From the NCBI RefSeq assembly GCF_028641065.1, contig NC_073410.1:12090001-12154000 (forward strand): a stretch of DNA of 64,000 bases. Reading direction: 5' to 3'. Under the pieces are notes generated by a model that did not search any database, was not told the origin of the DNA, and saw only the letters and a list, made by a program, of their open reading frames with translations. The stretch is from Leucoraja erinacea (Eukaryota). Shown piece after piece: positions 63,578-64,000 of the stretch. Made by a program: the position numbers and the translations under genes. Position 1 is the first letter of the stretch. The number at the start of each line of letters is the position of its first letter.

Positions 63578-64000
63578 GGGCTGATCCCACGCTGGGGTGC
63601 ACTGGGTCCCTGTGTTTGGAACGGGACAGGTCTGATTCCAGGCTGTAATACACATCGGCGCTAAAGCAATGAATGGGGCGGGTGTTGGCCGGAGGTGGAA
63701 TGCACTGGGTGCCAGTGCAGGAAGCCGATGGCAGGCTGGGGTGCACTGTCTCCCAGTGCAGGGCGCTGATCCCAGGCTGGGGTGCACTGGCTGCCAGTGC
63801 AGGGCTCTGATCCCAGGCTGGAGTCCACTGGCTGCCAGTGTAGAGAGCGGGACGGGTCTGATTCCAGGCTGTAATACACTCGGCGCTAAATCAATGAATG
63901 GGGCGGGTGTTGGCCGGAGGTGGAATGCACTGGGTGCCAGTGCAGGAAGCCGATGGCAGACTGGGGTGCACTGTCTCCCAGTGCCGGGCACTGATCCCAG
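63578..64000. repeat. GC-rich higher-order tandem repeat (period about 225 bp, built from ~40-bp hairpin-containing subunits), running off the window end
   Basis: gaatggggcgggtgttggccggagg at 63671 and 63896; subunits contain TGCACTGG-NNN-CCAGTGCA. Confidence 0.85.

Noticed and set aside
63401-63991. 196-aa repetitive ORF on the minus strand
   Set aside because: It is a translation of the tandem repeat with no recognisable domain or splice context.

Overview
Vertebrate genomic DNA, most likely from a cartilaginous fish (skate/ray-like, inferred from HE1-type V-SINEs and CR1/Penelope content). It carries the conserved block GDF10 (last exon, +), GDF2/BMP9 (2 exons, +), RBP3/IRBP (4 exons, four modules, +) and a convergent PRDM8-like gene at the ZNF488 position (3 coding exons, -) that keeps its PR/SET domain. 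Introns and intergenic DNA are dense with HE1 SINEs, CR1, Rex1/Babar, L1, RTE-derived and Penelope-derived elements, plus a Harbinger-type MITE and minisatellites. The strongest unexpected signal is a ~140-bp TSD-flanked retroposon (25438-25576, -) whose 5' end is a 53-nt minimal HDV/CPEB3-like ribozyme fold. Many short Penelope-derived insertions carry hammerhead core motifs, and several are TSD-flanked palindromes. All calls were read by eye and no database searches were run. Repeat boundaries are approximate.
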